This document shows, piece after piece, positions 27,901 through 37,353 of a stretch of DNA of 64,000 nucleotides. The translations under genes were made by a program, and so were the position numbers. The notes under the pieces were generated by a model. It worked only from the letters and a program-made list of their open reading frames with translations. It did not search any database and was not told where the DNA came from. How positions within the stretch are numbered: position 1 is the stretch's first letter; each line of letters starts with the position of its first letter. Where the stretch lies: the IMG/VR virus record IMGVR_UViG_3300011934_000017, positions 1 to 64,000 of that record. The stretch is one strand, 5' to 3'.

Positions 27901-28686
27901 ATGCGAAAGAATCTTCATGGGTATGCGGAATCTACGGCACCTGCTGTTACGTCTCGCACTCAAAATAGGCAAACGCCCGACGTTTATTCGCCTACGGTAA
28001 GTACATCACAGTCAGATGATCAACCTGCCCGTGTACAGGAAGAAGAAGAAGAAGCGGCTGCACCTACACGTCCTACTACAGTACGTGAAGGCAACAGAGT
28101 ATCCCATGACTTTACGCAGAATATACCTACGACTTCAACGCCTTCTACGGGTTCTGAAATAACAGATGAAGACTTAACAACACGCCCTGTAGGCAGTTCG
28201 AACGCCCCTTCATTTAGACCTCAAGACCAGATAAACCTTGATATAAATGAAGCCCATGCTCGAATGAATATTCGACCTATGGGTGCAAGGCAAGCAGCAT
28301 CGACACCTAAGTTTACACCTCAAAGAGGACAGACTGCGCCTGCAGAAGGTACTGCACCTGACTTCATGAGTTCGGTAGGTTACAATGGAAGTTCAATGGT
28401 GTCTAGCGTAGCTGGTCAGAATCAAAGTAACGCCAGTCCTTCTTCCGATGTTTCTACGCAGACTGTTAGCGATGTTCCTGCCCAGCGCCAGCAGTTTGAT
28501 AGTGTTCAGAAAGTCATGATGATGGAGCCTCCTACACAAGCGAGAGAAAAGCCCGATAACGCGCCGCAAGGTAGAACACCTTCTACAGGCACTTACGAGC
28601 CTCGCAACCATCAACCCTCTATCGATGAAACGCCAGCACTTGTAAGCGACTTCGGTCTAACCCTCCTTAACACAGGATTTATATAA
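24949..28686 (+). CDS. Tape-measure-like protein with an internal peptidoglycan hydrolase domain
   Basis: GDHGGVSYGTHQL...HEMLYSTGVQYG lysozyme-like (VgrG3 C-terminal-type) segment; GAxxG glycine zipper; long P/S/T-rich regions. Confidence 0.65.
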   Translation: MAEDRITSDMKSMASSYDTPRAVSLLQDKARDASAYVKDKIGKVQNAREAASDESKSSSGNQVKGATAAAQSIQEGFSGLKDRNTNRHREVIGSMREQTSQLKGISNSVSGVYNMLFKEKYGPDVEPYSREEEGISGLSDQLRRQHEEVMDELKKIRKAVVMGGSGGGGFFGAFGGRPGSRGRRTSRSRTPPPSSRSGTRSGTPPPSSRSGTPPPTPNQNRSSSSWGRAAANGGGGPPPPPSGGNSWLNRAQNLGNSKYARIISGVVTGATAAYTGIKMLGGNDSPDISELGSSGTPSSSPASSPAAQSTGSSYSGLGSVSAGEESRQGVHTISTGVGDHGGVSYGTHQLATENGSMAAFLRSEEGQPYAPAFQGMQPGTNAFNARYSEVAKAHEKDFAAAQKNYIFRTHYAPMLNNVKRGSGFDATNRGPAVHEMLYSTGVQYGGGTSVINNALKGYDPNNMTDADIIRRVQEYKGQTVGQYFRSSAPDTQRSVYRRTFRERDTLLAMDAEYQQQLAAGGQPASQENTAQVASTQTGNSPVSANTVAQEEPVSLGSPPQQQPEQVASNNSNTAIDAATVALTAGAAGSAALSLVPARSTPTPAVPPSVTPAAASGANANRVISATPATPRSITATPPPSIAAPTPTPTPPSTGAAPRSGAPAAPPPTGGGSTSIAGKAVQGLKKAPVLSLGFAALDTATVLSNEELSTGEKAGEITDIAGATTGGIVGAKVGASFGLLGGPLAPVTVPLGGLVGGFLGYMGGKKATNSARNFAGEMLTDEEGEVEENVPITGAEVAASSPSTEEDGLPSNHPMMVAQRNIQREAENSADTLEDAQTGNSVQVGTTSSASETAQTLAAAESSQLITKDAFDAAVAVGSQDSTSPTVVNNFPVQGESATPQNEPSTGTPTPAQTNAPQVSQAPSAPRPEVSARPIQDTVGLRDDMERPSLVADAAFTAMSGILSTVGIDTDALRNASTRREAPEHMRKNLHGYAESTAPAVTSRTQNRQTPDVYSPTVSTSQSDDQPARVQEEEEEAAAPTRPTTVREGNRVSHDFTQNIPTTSTPSTGSEITDEDLTTRPVGSSNAPSFRPQDQINLDINEAHARMNIRPMGARQAASTPKFTPQRGQTAPAEGTAPDFMSSVGYNGSSMVSSVAGQNQSNASPSSDVSTQTVSDVPAQRQQFDSVQKVMMMEPPTQAREKPDNAPQGRTPSTGTYEPRNHQPSIDETPALVSDFGLTLLNTGFI
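25506..25595 (+). repeat. Imperfect tandem repeat encoding TPPPSSRSG
   Basis: acaccacctcccagttc(g/t)cgttctggtacac present twice, plus partial copies. Confidence 0.7.
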
Positions 28687-29402
28687 TGCCTATTGGAAAT
28701 ATTGGTTCAGCGCTAATGCCTACAAAGTCCGTTTCTGAAGTAGCTCCTTTTGGAGGCATTGGAAATGGCTTTCCTGAAATGTACACTGCTGAATTAGATG
28801 CAGTTCTTCGAAACGGGGAACGTATCAACATTAAAGCACCGCTTCCTGAAAACTATCAGTTTCAGCTTTCTACTTCGTTCGATAATCCGTTTAACCAACC
28901 TCTATCTAATCTAGCTTCCCAGTTTGGTGGTAATATTGGACAATCTGTAGATTCATTGTCTTCAGGTACGTTGATGGCTACAGGTAAATCCACTATCAAC
29001 AAATGGTTTACAGGCGCTGTCTGGACAGGCGGTAGTTTGTTCCAGATTACCGTACCTTTTGTTATTCGTGCTTACCAAGACACAAAGAAAGAAGTGGTAG
29101 AAGTAATGCGCGATATGCTAAAGCTGGTTGCACCGTCTGAAATGATAGGTGGCTTTCTAGCAGCACCTGGTCCTACAATGTCAAAAGCCTTTAGTGACGG
29201 TGAAAACGCAGGTGACGATATCACAATTCGTATTGGTAAGTTCTTTATGATGCGTCCCTGCGTTATAGATTCCGTAACCTGTGATTTTGATACTCAGATG
29301 GACGTAGAAGGTCAATCACCTTTGAGCGCTACAATTACCGTGAACGCTATGTCTTACTGGGCTGTTACCAAAGAAGACCTCGATCACTACTTCCGAGTAT
29401 AA
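28686..29402 (+). CDS. Baseplate protein (tube-initiator-like)
   Basis: Follows the tape measure; PCVI.SV..DF...P.SA.I motif. Confidence 0.55.
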   Translation: MPIGNIGSALMPTKSVSEVAPFGGIGNGFPEMYTAELDAVLRNGERINIKAPLPENYQFQLSTSFDNPFNQPLSNLASQFGGNIGQSVDSLSSGTLMATGKSTINKWFTGAVWTGGSLFQITVPFVIRAYQDTKKEVVEVMRDMLKLVAPSEMIGGFLAAPGPTMSKAFSDGENAGDDITIRIGKFFMMRPCVIDSVTCDFDTQMDVEGQSPLSATITVNAMSYWAVTKEDLDHYFRV

Positions 29403-29405
29403 ATC

Positions 29406-29738
29406 ATGCCTTCAATAATGCTAAGAGCAGAACATGTTGTTGTAGATCAGCTAGGCATGGATCCTCTAAGAGACCGTTCTTACGAGAATATTCTTAGCGT
29501 ACCTAGCTGGACTTACTACACTGTTTCCGATGCTGACAAGTACAATGCACCACTTATATCGTTTAATCTTTACGATACGCCCGATCTTTGGTGGGCTATA
29601 ATGGTATTCAATGGAATATCAGACGCATTTACTTTAACTCCAGGAACGCGATTGAAGATTCCCGATCAGAACGCTGTGATATCTGCTTTGGCACGAGAGC
29701 AAGAGCGTCAGCCAAAGAACCGCATCTTGGAGATTTAA
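29406..29738 (+). CDS. Baseplate wedge protein (gp53/LysM-like)
   Basis: LISFNLY..PDLWWAIM.FNGI.D...L.PG..LKIP. Confidence 0.75.
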   Translation: MPSIMLRAEHVVVDQLGMDPLRDRSYENILSVPSWTYYTVSDADKYNAPLISFNLYDTPDLWWAIMVFNGISDAFTLTPGTRLKIPDQNAVISALAREQERQPKNRILEI

Positions 29739-29739
29739 T

Positions 29740-32424
29740 ATGGAAGCAGTTCTAAATGTCAAAGGCATTGCATATTGCAAGATAGAAATTGAAGACGCGA
29801 ATATGCCAGCTTCTTTCAACTTGATCGATCATATCATGATTCAAGAAGGGTTTGGCATAGCGGTTCCCACGCTTACGCTTTATCTGTTCGACCAGACAGG
29901 TACGCTTCAGACAGATATGAACCTTGTCGAAGGAACCAAGTGCTCCATATCTATCACTCGTGACAGCCAGAGCGATACGATTGAAAAGCGGACGTTCAGC
30001 TTGTGGGGCATGAAGCGTGGCGTAACGAGCGAAGGTCCGCACCTTCAAGCCACGTTTATTCTTGACGTACCAAAGTGGAGCGCGGGCGTTTATTGTGAAA
30101 ACTTTCGCACTACCAGTGCTGGCGCAATGTCTCAAATAGCGTCAAGAGCTGGCTTAGGATATGACGGGCCTTCAGGTACTGATGACAATATGAACTGGCT
30201 TAATATCAACGCTACGCGTTCTTCATTTAGCGAAGACGTGGCAATGCGTGGATATGCTGGAACAAGTAGTTGCATGGCGCGTGTTATCACGATGGATAGT
30301 CAGCTTCGATATAAAGACCTATTTGAAGTTCTCAAAGGCCAAGAAGATGCTACCTTACTTCTTAACGCAGATGAAGAAGGTATCAATCCGTATCCCGTTA
30401 AAGAGACGCAAGAAAGCTCGCTGAGCGGAGTTATGGCGCACTGGTTCAACTACGGTCAGATTCAACACGAACATTCGTTGAACGATAGCGGACAACAAAA
30501 GACAGATAGAATAGCAGCACCTGTGTTAGGCGATGCGCTTCCTATCAGTGACAGGATCAAAGGACTCATATCGGATTCTGTTGCAGGGCGTGTGACGTAT
30601 ACAGGTATGGATACTGGTACTGAACCTAAACCACAATCTAATCATCATCAATATTATGAAAAAGCGCTTTATCAGAATCTTAGAAGTTTAGGTCTTTTCT
30701 CTGAGAAGGTACGGGTATTGCTTACCGTACCTACAGACATTTTTAGCTTCGATTGTGTTAAGTATAATCAACGCGATCCTATTGGTCATCATCTGGAGCC
30801 TTCAAAAGCGTTGAACGGTAAATGGTTGATTGCAGGAAAGACTATACGTATTAAGAACGGGCATACGTATAGTGAAGTGTTAGACCTATTGCGCCCTTAC
30901 ATATCGAATACCGGAAGCACGAAAGCTGCGGGTGATGCTGATGTAGGACGTATGGAACAAGCCAATGAAGGTCCGTTCGATCTAACAGAGGGAATGAACG
31001 AAGAGCTTACAGAACAACCCAACACTTCTGTTATTGATCCTGTTGTAGACAACGCTCCTGTACCTGAAGTAGATCAAGCACAGACGTTAATGGACAATCT
31101 GGAGCTTTACGATCAAGTTAATCCTGCAATTCCAAACGTACCTCTTCCTGCTGCTGGTGGTACAAGTCGAGGCTCACAAGGTGCCTTAGCTCAAATAAAC
31201 TTGCGGGACACGTTGAATGAGATTCAGCGCGTAGATAACGAGCTTTCCAATATAGTAGAACAGTCAAAAGCTGGCTTCACACCTGAAGACCTGATGACCG
31301 TGAAGCGCATAGCTGATTCTGCTGTTAAGACTTCGGCAAACTCTACGATAGGTGCACTTAAAGAACACCTTTCGTCTACAGGAAGTCCAGCATCTGGAAT
31401 AGCAGGACTTGCTGCTGATGTTCAAAAAGGCATTTCGGTAGCATTGGATCGACCTATACTTGACAGGTTTACGGCGAATGTCTCTGAAATAAAAGATCAA
31501 GTGTTTGAGTCTGTTGTTTCTTCTGTGTCGGGTGCTAATACTGCTGTCGGTGATGTGATTGGTGATATTCAGAAAGGTGGTATATTCTCTGAAGACTTCA
31601 ATATCAATGGTTTAACGGCTCCCGTAGATGCCGCAAGAAATGTAGTCGATGCTATAGAACAAGCTGCAAATAAAGGCGCTAATTTTGTATTTCCGGCTTC
31701 ACAGTTTGGACTCGAAGCGAGTGCTGTTGCCATAAATCCTAAAAAAGTGGCAGAGTTCTTGGTAGACTACGCGGACAGCAAAAAGAATCCTCAAGAGTTT
31801 CTGAAAGAAAAAGGTGCAGATGCGTACCAAGAAGTCTTCGGCACCAAGCCTCCAGGCGATGCGCGTGAAGCTATGGAGCAGCTAAAGAAGTCTGCGGATA
31901 AAGTGGCTAAACTATTCGGTGCTGACGAAGTATTGGTAGATGGAATAAAAGAGATTGCTAACAACAGGAATGTCCAAACGTTAGTAGATTCAGATTCCTC
32001 TGCGAAGGATCGTCTAAATGCAGCTAAAGATGCCCTGTTGTCTGACAATCCTGGACTTACCGTTAAGATTCCAGGCATCGATGCCTCTGCAAACGTTAAT
32101 GTAAATAACGCAGTAGAAAAAGCAATAAATAAAGGTACTGATTATTCTGAAGTATTAGATTTTCAGTTCGGTGAAAACGGCGTGGCTCCGCTGGTAGAGA
32201 CAGTAACAGATAAAATAAGGGAAGGGTCTGATGCTGATGTTATTCAAACTGTTCGGGAAGCAATTTCTTGGGCAGAGTATACTCGCATCGGCAGTAACGA
32301 AGCTAAGAAGACAGGAGTAGATGACGATATCTTTTGGGAGTTTCCGCACAGTGTTCCTTACACTGTTCTTGAAGAAGGTGAAGGTGAGTCTCACAGCCTA
32401 AGTGATATACTTCCTGGGTTTTAA
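29740..32424 (+). CDS. Baseplate hub (gp27/VgrG-like) with long C-terminal extension
   Basis: Position after the wedge gene; I.EG...PT..L..D N-terminus; G.WLI..KTI.. Confidence 0.6.
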   Translation: MEAVLNVKGIAYCKIEIEDANMPASFNLIDHIMIQEGFGIAVPTLTLYLFDQTGTLQTDMNLVEGTKCSISITRDSQSDTIEKRTFSLWGMKRGVTSEGPHLQATFILDVPKWSAGVYCENFRTTSAGAMSQIASRAGLGYDGPSGTDDNMNWLNINATRSSFSEDVAMRGYAGTSSCMARVITMDSQLRYKDLFEVLKGQEDATLLLNADEEGINPYPVKETQESSLSGVMAHWFNYGQIQHEHSLNDSGQQKTDRIAAPVLGDALPISDRIKGLISDSVAGRVTYTGMDTGTEPKPQSNHHQYYEKALYQNLRSLGLFSEKVRVLLTVPTDIFSFDCVKYNQRDPIGHHLEPSKALNGKWLIAGKTIRIKNGHTYSEVLDLLRPYISNTGSTKAAGDADVGRMEQANEGPFDLTEGMNEELTEQPNTSVIDPVVDNAPVPEVDQAQTLMDNLELYDQVNPAIPNVPLPAAGGTSRGSQGALAQINLRDTLNEIQRVDNELSNIVEQSKAGFTPEDLMTVKRIADSAVKTSANSTIGALKEHLSSTGSPASGIAGLAADVQKGISVALDRPILDRFTANVSEIKDQVFESVVSSVSGANTAVGDVIGDIQKGGIFSEDFNINGLTAPVDAARNVVDAIEQAANKGANFVFPASQFGLEASAVAINPKKVAEFLVDYADSKKNPQEFLKEKGADAYQEVFGTKPPGDAREAMEQLKKSADKVAKLFGADEVLVDGIKEIANNRNVQTLVDSDSSAKDRLNAAKDALLSDNPGLTVKIPGIDASANVNVNNAVEKAINKGTDYSEVLDFQFGENGVAPLVETVTDKIREGSDADVIQTVREAISWAEYTRIGSNEAKKTGVDDDIFWEFPHSVPYTVLEEGEGESHSLSDILPGF

Positions 32425-32455
32425 CGTAACATAAACCAATCAAAGAGAAATACAC

Positions 32456-34222
32456 ATGACAGAACTGCAAAAAACTTACGGTCCTACTCTTCCTATTTCA
32501 GAAGAGATTCATGCCACAAAGTACCGTCAAGACGGCGAAACGTTCCGCGAAGCCATGGGGCGAATTGCTAATGTTCTGAGTGATGATTCCGATCATTTCT
32601 CCAAGTTTCGAAATATCTTGCTTGATCAGCGATTCATGCCTGCGGGTCGCGTTCAAAGTTCTATTGGTAGTCCACGTCGCACTACTGCCTACAACTGCTT
32701 TGTGAGTCCTCCCATTCCCGACAGTATGGATGGAATCATGGAAGCTGCAAAGAAAGCAGCCAAGACATTACGTATGGGCGGCGGTATCGGCTATGACTTC
32801 TCTACTCTACGTCCTAAAGGCGACCTGATTGTCAGCCTTGACAGTAGCAGTAGCGGTCCTGTAAGCTTTATGGGTATCTTCGACGCTGTTTGCCGTACAA
32901 TCAGTAGTTCTGGTCATCGTCGTGGTGCGCAGATGGGTGTAATGCGTGTTGATCATCCCGATATTGAGGAGTTTGTTGAAGCAAAAACCAATAGCGACAA
33001 GCTAACCAACTTCAATATCAGTGTTGGTGTTACCGACGAGTTTATGGAAGCGGTACGTGCTAACAAACAGTTCGATCTACGCTTTGAAGGTCGTGTACAT
33101 AAGCGTATTGACGCTGTATCATTGTGGGAAAAGATTATGCGAGCGACATGGGACTGGGCAGAACCTGGTATTCTGTACATCGACCGCATTAATGAAATGA
33201 ACAATTTATGGTACGGCGAAGAGATTGCAGCTACTAATCCCTGCGGTGAGCAGCCCCTACCTCCGTACGGCGCCTGTCTGCTGGGTTCATACAATCTAGT
33301 CAAGTACCTGATGCCCAACACCCAAGAAGGCGGGCCGCAGTACGACTTTGATTGGGATATGTTCATCGGTGACATTCCTCTTGTTGTTCGTGCTATGGAC
33401 AATGTGGTAGATAACACAATCTACCCGCTCGAAGAGCAAGAGCAAGAAGCTCAGAACAAACGCCGTATGGGCTTAGGCATTACAGGTTTTGCAAACGCAA
33501 GTGAAGCACTGGATTACTCCTATGGTTCAAAAGAGTGCCTAGAGTTCGAAGAGCGTCTGTTAGAGATTCTGGCGAATGCTACTTACCAAGCTTCAGCGCA
33601 TCTTGCCGCAGAGAAAGGCAGCTTTCCACTGTATGATGAAGAACGCTACGCACAAGGCAAGTTTATCCAACGCCTTAATGCCAACACTCGGGAACTCATT
33701 CGGCAACTGGGTCTGCGAAACAGTCACCTACTTTCGATTGCTCCGACCGGCACAATTAGTCTGAGCGCTGATAACGTAAGCAGCGGTATCGAACCGCCGT
33801 TCTCCCACTACTATGATCGTACTGTTATCATGGAAAGTGGAAAGAAGCGTACCGAGCGTGTAGAAGACTATGCTTACCGTGTCTTAGGCATCAAAGGTGT
33901 CACAGCCGACGAGTGTACTGTTCAACAGCACCTCGACGTACTGGTTGTTGCTTCCAAGTGGGTAGACAGCGCTGTGTCCAAGACACTTAACGTCGGTGAC
34001 CAAGTGACGTGGAGCGATTTCAAAGATATCTACATGAATGCGTGGCTCGAAGGCTGTAAAGGTTGTACTACATTCCGAGCATCGGGCAAGCGCTTTGGTA
34101 TTCTGAATAAAGTGGATGATTCGAAAGAAGCACCTGAAGAACCTAAGGATGAACTTGCAGTTATGGCAGAAGGCGAAGCTTGCACTTTCGACCCTGCTAC
34201 AGGACGTAAAACATGCGAGTAG
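32456..34222 (+). CDS. nrdJ: Class II (adenosylcobalamin-dependent) ribonucleotide reductase
   Basis: PAGRVQ, NCFV, GGGIG.DFS.LRP, TNPCGEQPL...ACLLGS, APTGTIS, C-terminal Cys pair; no nrdB next to it. Confidence 0.88.
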   Translation: MTELQKTYGPTLPISEEIHATKYRQDGETFREAMGRIANVLSDDSDHFSKFRNILLDQRFMPAGRVQSSIGSPRRTTAYNCFVSPPIPDSMDGIMEAAKKAAKTLRMGGGIGYDFSTLRPKGDLIVSLDSSSSGPVSFMGIFDAVCRTISSSGHRRGAQMGVMRVDHPDIEEFVEAKTNSDKLTNFNISVGVTDEFMEAVRANKQFDLRFEGRVHKRIDAVSLWEKIMRATWDWAEPGILYIDRINEMNNLWYGEEIAATNPCGEQPLPPYGACLLGSYNLVKYLMPNTQEGGPQYDFDWDMFIGDIPLVVRAMDNVVDNTIYPLEEQEQEAQNKRRMGLGITGFANASEALDYSYGSKECLEFEERLLEILANATYQASAHLAAEKGSFPLYDEERYAQGKFIQRLNANTRELIRQLGLRNSHLLSIAPTGTISLSADNVSSGIEPPFSHYYDRTVIMESGKKRTERVEDYAYRVLGIKGVTADECTVQQHLDVLVVASKWVDSAVSKTLNVGDQVTWSDFKDIYMNAWLEGCKGCTTFRASGKRFGILNKVDDSKEAPEEPKDELAVMAEGEACTFDPATGRKTCE

Positions 34223-34530
34223 ACAGTCCTTGCATAAACGTTTGTAAGATACAAGGCGGTATATGTTCTGGCTGTGATCGAACCCTTTCAGAAGTAGCAA
34301 TGTGGAGCAGGCTTGATATGAGTGAGCGTATGGAACTTATGCGTCAAATTTCAGGCCAAGCCTCTACGCATACTTGTCCGAAATGCAAAGGGCCTTCGTA
34401 CTGTGCCATTGAAGCAGGCAAAAGCGCTTCAACTTGCTGGTGCATGACTTTAGCTTTAGCTAAGGATGAAACGGTCTCTGAGGAAGATATCTGCCTATGT
34501 CGTTCTTGTGTTCGAAGTTTGTTTGAATAA
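34213..34530 (+). CDS. DUF1289-like plus cysteine-rich CWC-like fusion protein
   Basis: SPCINVC...CSGCDRTLSEV..W, then CPKC...C......CWCM...CLCRSC; overlaps the nrdJ stop. Confidence 0.7.
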   Translation: MRVDSPCINVCKIQGGICSGCDRTLSEVAMWSRLDMSERMELMRQISGQASTHTCPKCKGPSYCAIEAGKSASTCWCMTLALAKDETVSEEDICLCRSCVRSLFE

Positions 34531-34542
34531 GTAACTGTAAAT

Positions 34543-34579
34543 AAAGGGTAGTCAGTCTAAACGCTGTCTGCCCTTTTTT
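34543..34579 (+). terminator. Rho-independent terminator
   Basis: aaagggtagtcag...ctgtctgccc followed by tttttt. Confidence 0.7.
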
Positions 34580-34596
34580 ATGCTTGAGGAATAAAA

Positions 34597-35418
34597 ATGG
34601 AAACTAAGCAACCAAGACAGGAACATTTAATATTTGATTGCCTAGAGCGCATTCAAAAGTTAGACAACGAACCTAACAGACCTATTAGCGAATATAGTCT
34701 GTCACATTCCGTTCAAACCAAAAAGAAGATAGCAGACCTGTTAAAAGAATGCCTTAAAGACCTTTTTCAGATAAGTGTTCGGGATGCTGAATTTTATGCG
34801 TATGCCAAAATGTTGTTGTCTATGTTCTTTAAGCAGCAAGAGGACAAAATTTACGACTTCGATGTTAGAATAAGTCCTAGAAGTGATACTATTGATATGC
34901 TTTTCGAACAAGAGGATACGCCTACCGTTTCGTTTGAGTATGACAAACCGTTAAGACGTCCTCGTACCAACTGGCATACGTTTTTTATGGATCAAGCATT
35001 TCAAGCGGCTGAGCGATCTTCTTGTGCTTCAGGACGAAGAGTAGGTGCTACGTTCGTAAAAAACAAAGCACCTCTAGTAACATCTTACAATGGAGTGCCT
35101 TCTAAATACCCACACCCTGTTGAATGTCCTCGTTTGGTAGCAGGATGCGTCAGCGGAGAAGGACTAGATATGTGTCCTTGTAACCACGCAGAAATGAATG
35201 GGCTTGCTATTGCTGCGAACAAAGGCATTTCTTTAGCTGGAAGTATTTTGTATTGTACTTCAAAGCCGTGCGCTGGTTGCATGGGTATTCTCGCAAACGT
35301 AGGTCTGGATTCTATCGTGTATCACGACGACTATCCTCATCCACTTTCAAAGAAAATTTCAGATTACGCTAAACTCAAAGTGTTTAGTATTCACGAACTG
35401 TTAGGAGTTAAAGAATGA
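34597..35418 (+). CDS. dCMP deaminase with an N-terminal extension
   Basis: RSSC...VGA, YNG.P, HAEMN, T.KPCAGC. Confidence 0.88.
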   Translation: METKQPRQEHLIFDCLERIQKLDNEPNRPISEYSLSHSVQTKKKIADLLKECLKDLFQISVRDAEFYAYAKMLLSMFFKQQEDKIYDFDVRISPRSDTIDMLFEQEDTPTVSFEYDKPLRRPRTNWHTFFMDQAFQAAERSSCASGRRVGATFVKNKAPLVTSYNGVPSKYPHPVECPRLVAGCVSGEGLDMCPCNHAEMNGLAIAANKGISLAGSILYCTSKPCAGCMGILANVGLDSIVYHDDYPHPLSKKISDYAKLKVFSIHELLGVKE

Positions 35419-35744
35419 ACTACGATCCTAATCTAACCAACAGTGGTCGTATGGCTACTCAAACAGTCAAATTGGAATTTCAATTATGGGAAAGCAAAGC
35501 ATATTATGAAATAAAAGTAGGCGGCAACTGTACGGGACTTACTGTGATTGATTGTGCTGTAAGCAACCTTTACGATAAGCTTCCTTCTCTCTATGAGAAT
35601 GCCGATCTGCCTTACATCTTACTTGAAGATGAAAAAGGCAATACCTTAGAAACAGCAGACGAAGATGAAAAAGGCGAAGACTGGTTGAAAGATATGCTAG
35701 TGAAAGCCGAAATCGTTAAAATTGAACCCGATACCCGAGATTGA
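35415..35744 (+). CDS. Conserved phage protein (DUF5406-like)
   Basis: NYDPNLT.SGRMA.QTV...VGGNC.G...EDWLKDMLV; family recognised from memory. Confidence 0.6.
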   Translation: MNYDPNLTNSGRMATQTVKLEFQLWESKAYYEIKVGGNCTGLTVIDCAVSNLYDKLPSLYENADLPYILLEDEKGNTLETADEDEKGEDWLKDMLVKAEIVKIEPDTRD

Positions 35745-35747
35745 ATC

Positions 35748-36530
35748 ATGAACAAAGAAACACTTGCTTTATATCCTTCCAGCTTTGAACTATCCTACGA
35801 ACAGCTAGAAGAAATGCTGAAGCTACAGCAGCAGGCTAACGCTGTAATGATAAAAGGCGATGAAGATACGCCTTACTACAGGGCTTCTGTTGTTGAAAGC
35901 GTGGAAGCTATTCAGCACTTTGGTTACAAGTGGTGGAAAGCAACAGAATCCGATATCGGTCAGACTAAGATGGAGTTGATTGATATTCTCCACTTCGCGC
36001 TGTCTGACTTCCTTAAAGAACCATCGAACAACGATCTTGTCTACGATGCTTTAGAGCTTGCACGTAGTCTGGCAGAGCCTGTTGTTATCTATCCTATCGG
36101 CTCGTTGTTGCATGATAAAACTTACCTAGACAACAGATCAACACTTGCCGCCATGCGAGTAGGTGATTGCATTATTCACCAACTATATTCTTTGGATTTG
36201 CTTACTTTCAATGATCTGGTCGAGCAGCTAATCTTTGTAAGCCTGAAAGACGGTAAGACCAGCTTTCCACATCTGTATCTTCTGTTTGAAAAGCTCGATA
36301 TGGTGCCTATTGAAGTGCATGGTCTATACGTCGGTAAAAACACGTTGAATAAGTTTCGTATGGCTAACGGACAGAAGGAAAACACGTATTACAAAACGTG
36401 GGACGGAAGAGAAGACAACGAGCATCTAACAGACTTCATTTTGCAGAGCGCTGATAAGGGAGAAAAACTTACGGCAAAAACCGTGTATAATTTCTTAGCA
36501 GCTACCTACTCGAACTGCGAACTATCTTAA
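35748..36530 (+). CDS. dut: Dimeric (all-alpha) dUTPase
   Basis: ESVE...GYKWWK, MELIDILHF, Y.GKN.LN.FR..NG, W.GREDNEHL. Confidence 0.85.
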   Translation: MNKETLALYPSSFELSYEQLEEMLKLQQQANAVMIKGDEDTPYYRASVVESVEAIQHFGYKWWKATESDIGQTKMELIDILHFALSDFLKEPSNNDLVYDALELARSLAEPVVIYPIGSLLHDKTYLDNRSTLAAMRVGDCIIHQLYSLDLLTFNDLVEQLIFVSLKDGKTSFPHLYLLFEKLDMVPIEVHGLYVGKNTLNKFRMANGQKENTYYKTWDGREDNEHLTDFILQSADKGEKLTAKTVYNFLAATYSNCELS

Positions 36531-36576
36531 ACCTTTAACCCACCTTGGAAGGTAGCAAAATAAAAAGGATACTAAA

Positions 36577-36774
36577 ATGTATAACAGCCGCGCTTGTCAT
36601 ATTCTAGGCCGTAGAGACCTAATTTCATCCGCTCGCTTTTTGCCTCTGTCTGACTTGAGGCTACATCATATACTGCCTTCCTCTATGAGTAGAAGAGCGA
36701 AAGAAAACGCACAACTGATCGTGGTAAAAGTTTCTTCCGTTCAAAGCGTCACTCTGAAAGATGTGAACCCCTAA
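36577..36774 (+). CDS. Possible small hypothetical protein
   Basis: RBS-like aagga; fills the gap; no motif recognised. Confidence 0.35.
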   Translation: MYNSRACHILGRRDLISSARFLPLSDLRLHHILPSSMSRRAKENAQLIVVKVSSVQSVTLKDVNP

Positions 36775-36787
36775 ATAAGGAAGCATA

Positions 36788-37162
36788 ATGTATTTGAAAA
36801 TAAGAGATTCGGTTAAAGATGTCTGGATCTATATTGATGACTTTAATAGGCTAGAAGCTTCGCCCTCTAAGAAATTTAATCCGGATAAAAACACTGAAAT
36901 CGAAACCGTAAACGATCTTAAACCTATTCTGATGCGGGCCGACGAGGAAGTGGCCCACGCAGCTATAACTGTTTTTGATCCAAAGTTGATGCTTAAAAAT
37001 CTTCAAGATGCTAGACCTATAGAGTACCAAGTCATTCGTTGCATTAAAGATATTTCGGATGACGAGGAAACCTATTTTGATATAGCTTTCAACACTGTTG
37101 CTTTTGTGTGCAGCGATAGAGGACACACTATGGATAGATTTATCATACATAAGGTGTTTTAA
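36788..37162 (+). CDS. Hypothetical protein
   Basis: RBS aagga; TAAATA at 36771. Confidence 0.7.
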   Translation: MYLKIRDSVKDVWIYIDDFNRLEASPSKKFNPDKNTEIETVNDLKPILMRADEEVAHAAITVFDPKLMLKNLQDARPIEYQVIRCIKDISDDEETYFDIAFNTVAFVCSDRGHTMDRFIIHKVF

Positions 37163-37350
37163 TGCGCAAGACTACCTTCAAATATGACATTCCTAAATGT
37201 CCTAGATGTGGACGCTCTCACATTGGATACAGAGGAAAGCTGGACGAAGACGATGAAGAATACGTCGTTTGTGGTAATACTCACAAGAAGATGTTGCGTC
37301 GCGTTCATACTGATTGGACCCTACGCGTAGCTCCTTTGTCGAAGGAGTAA
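37162..37350 (+). CDS. Small Zn-finger-like protein
   Basis: CPRCGRSH...VVCG; translational coupling. Confidence 0.65.
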   Translation: MRKTTFKYDIPKCPRCGRSHIGYRGKLDEDDEEYVVCGNTHKKMLRRVHTDWTLRVAPLSKE

Positions 37351-37353
37351 CCT

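Noticed and set aside
32456-34222. Intein or intron in the RNR; class Ia assignment
   Set aside because: The compact 588-aa ORF has contiguous motifs and no splicing signatures; no nrdB is adjacent and the motifs fit class II.
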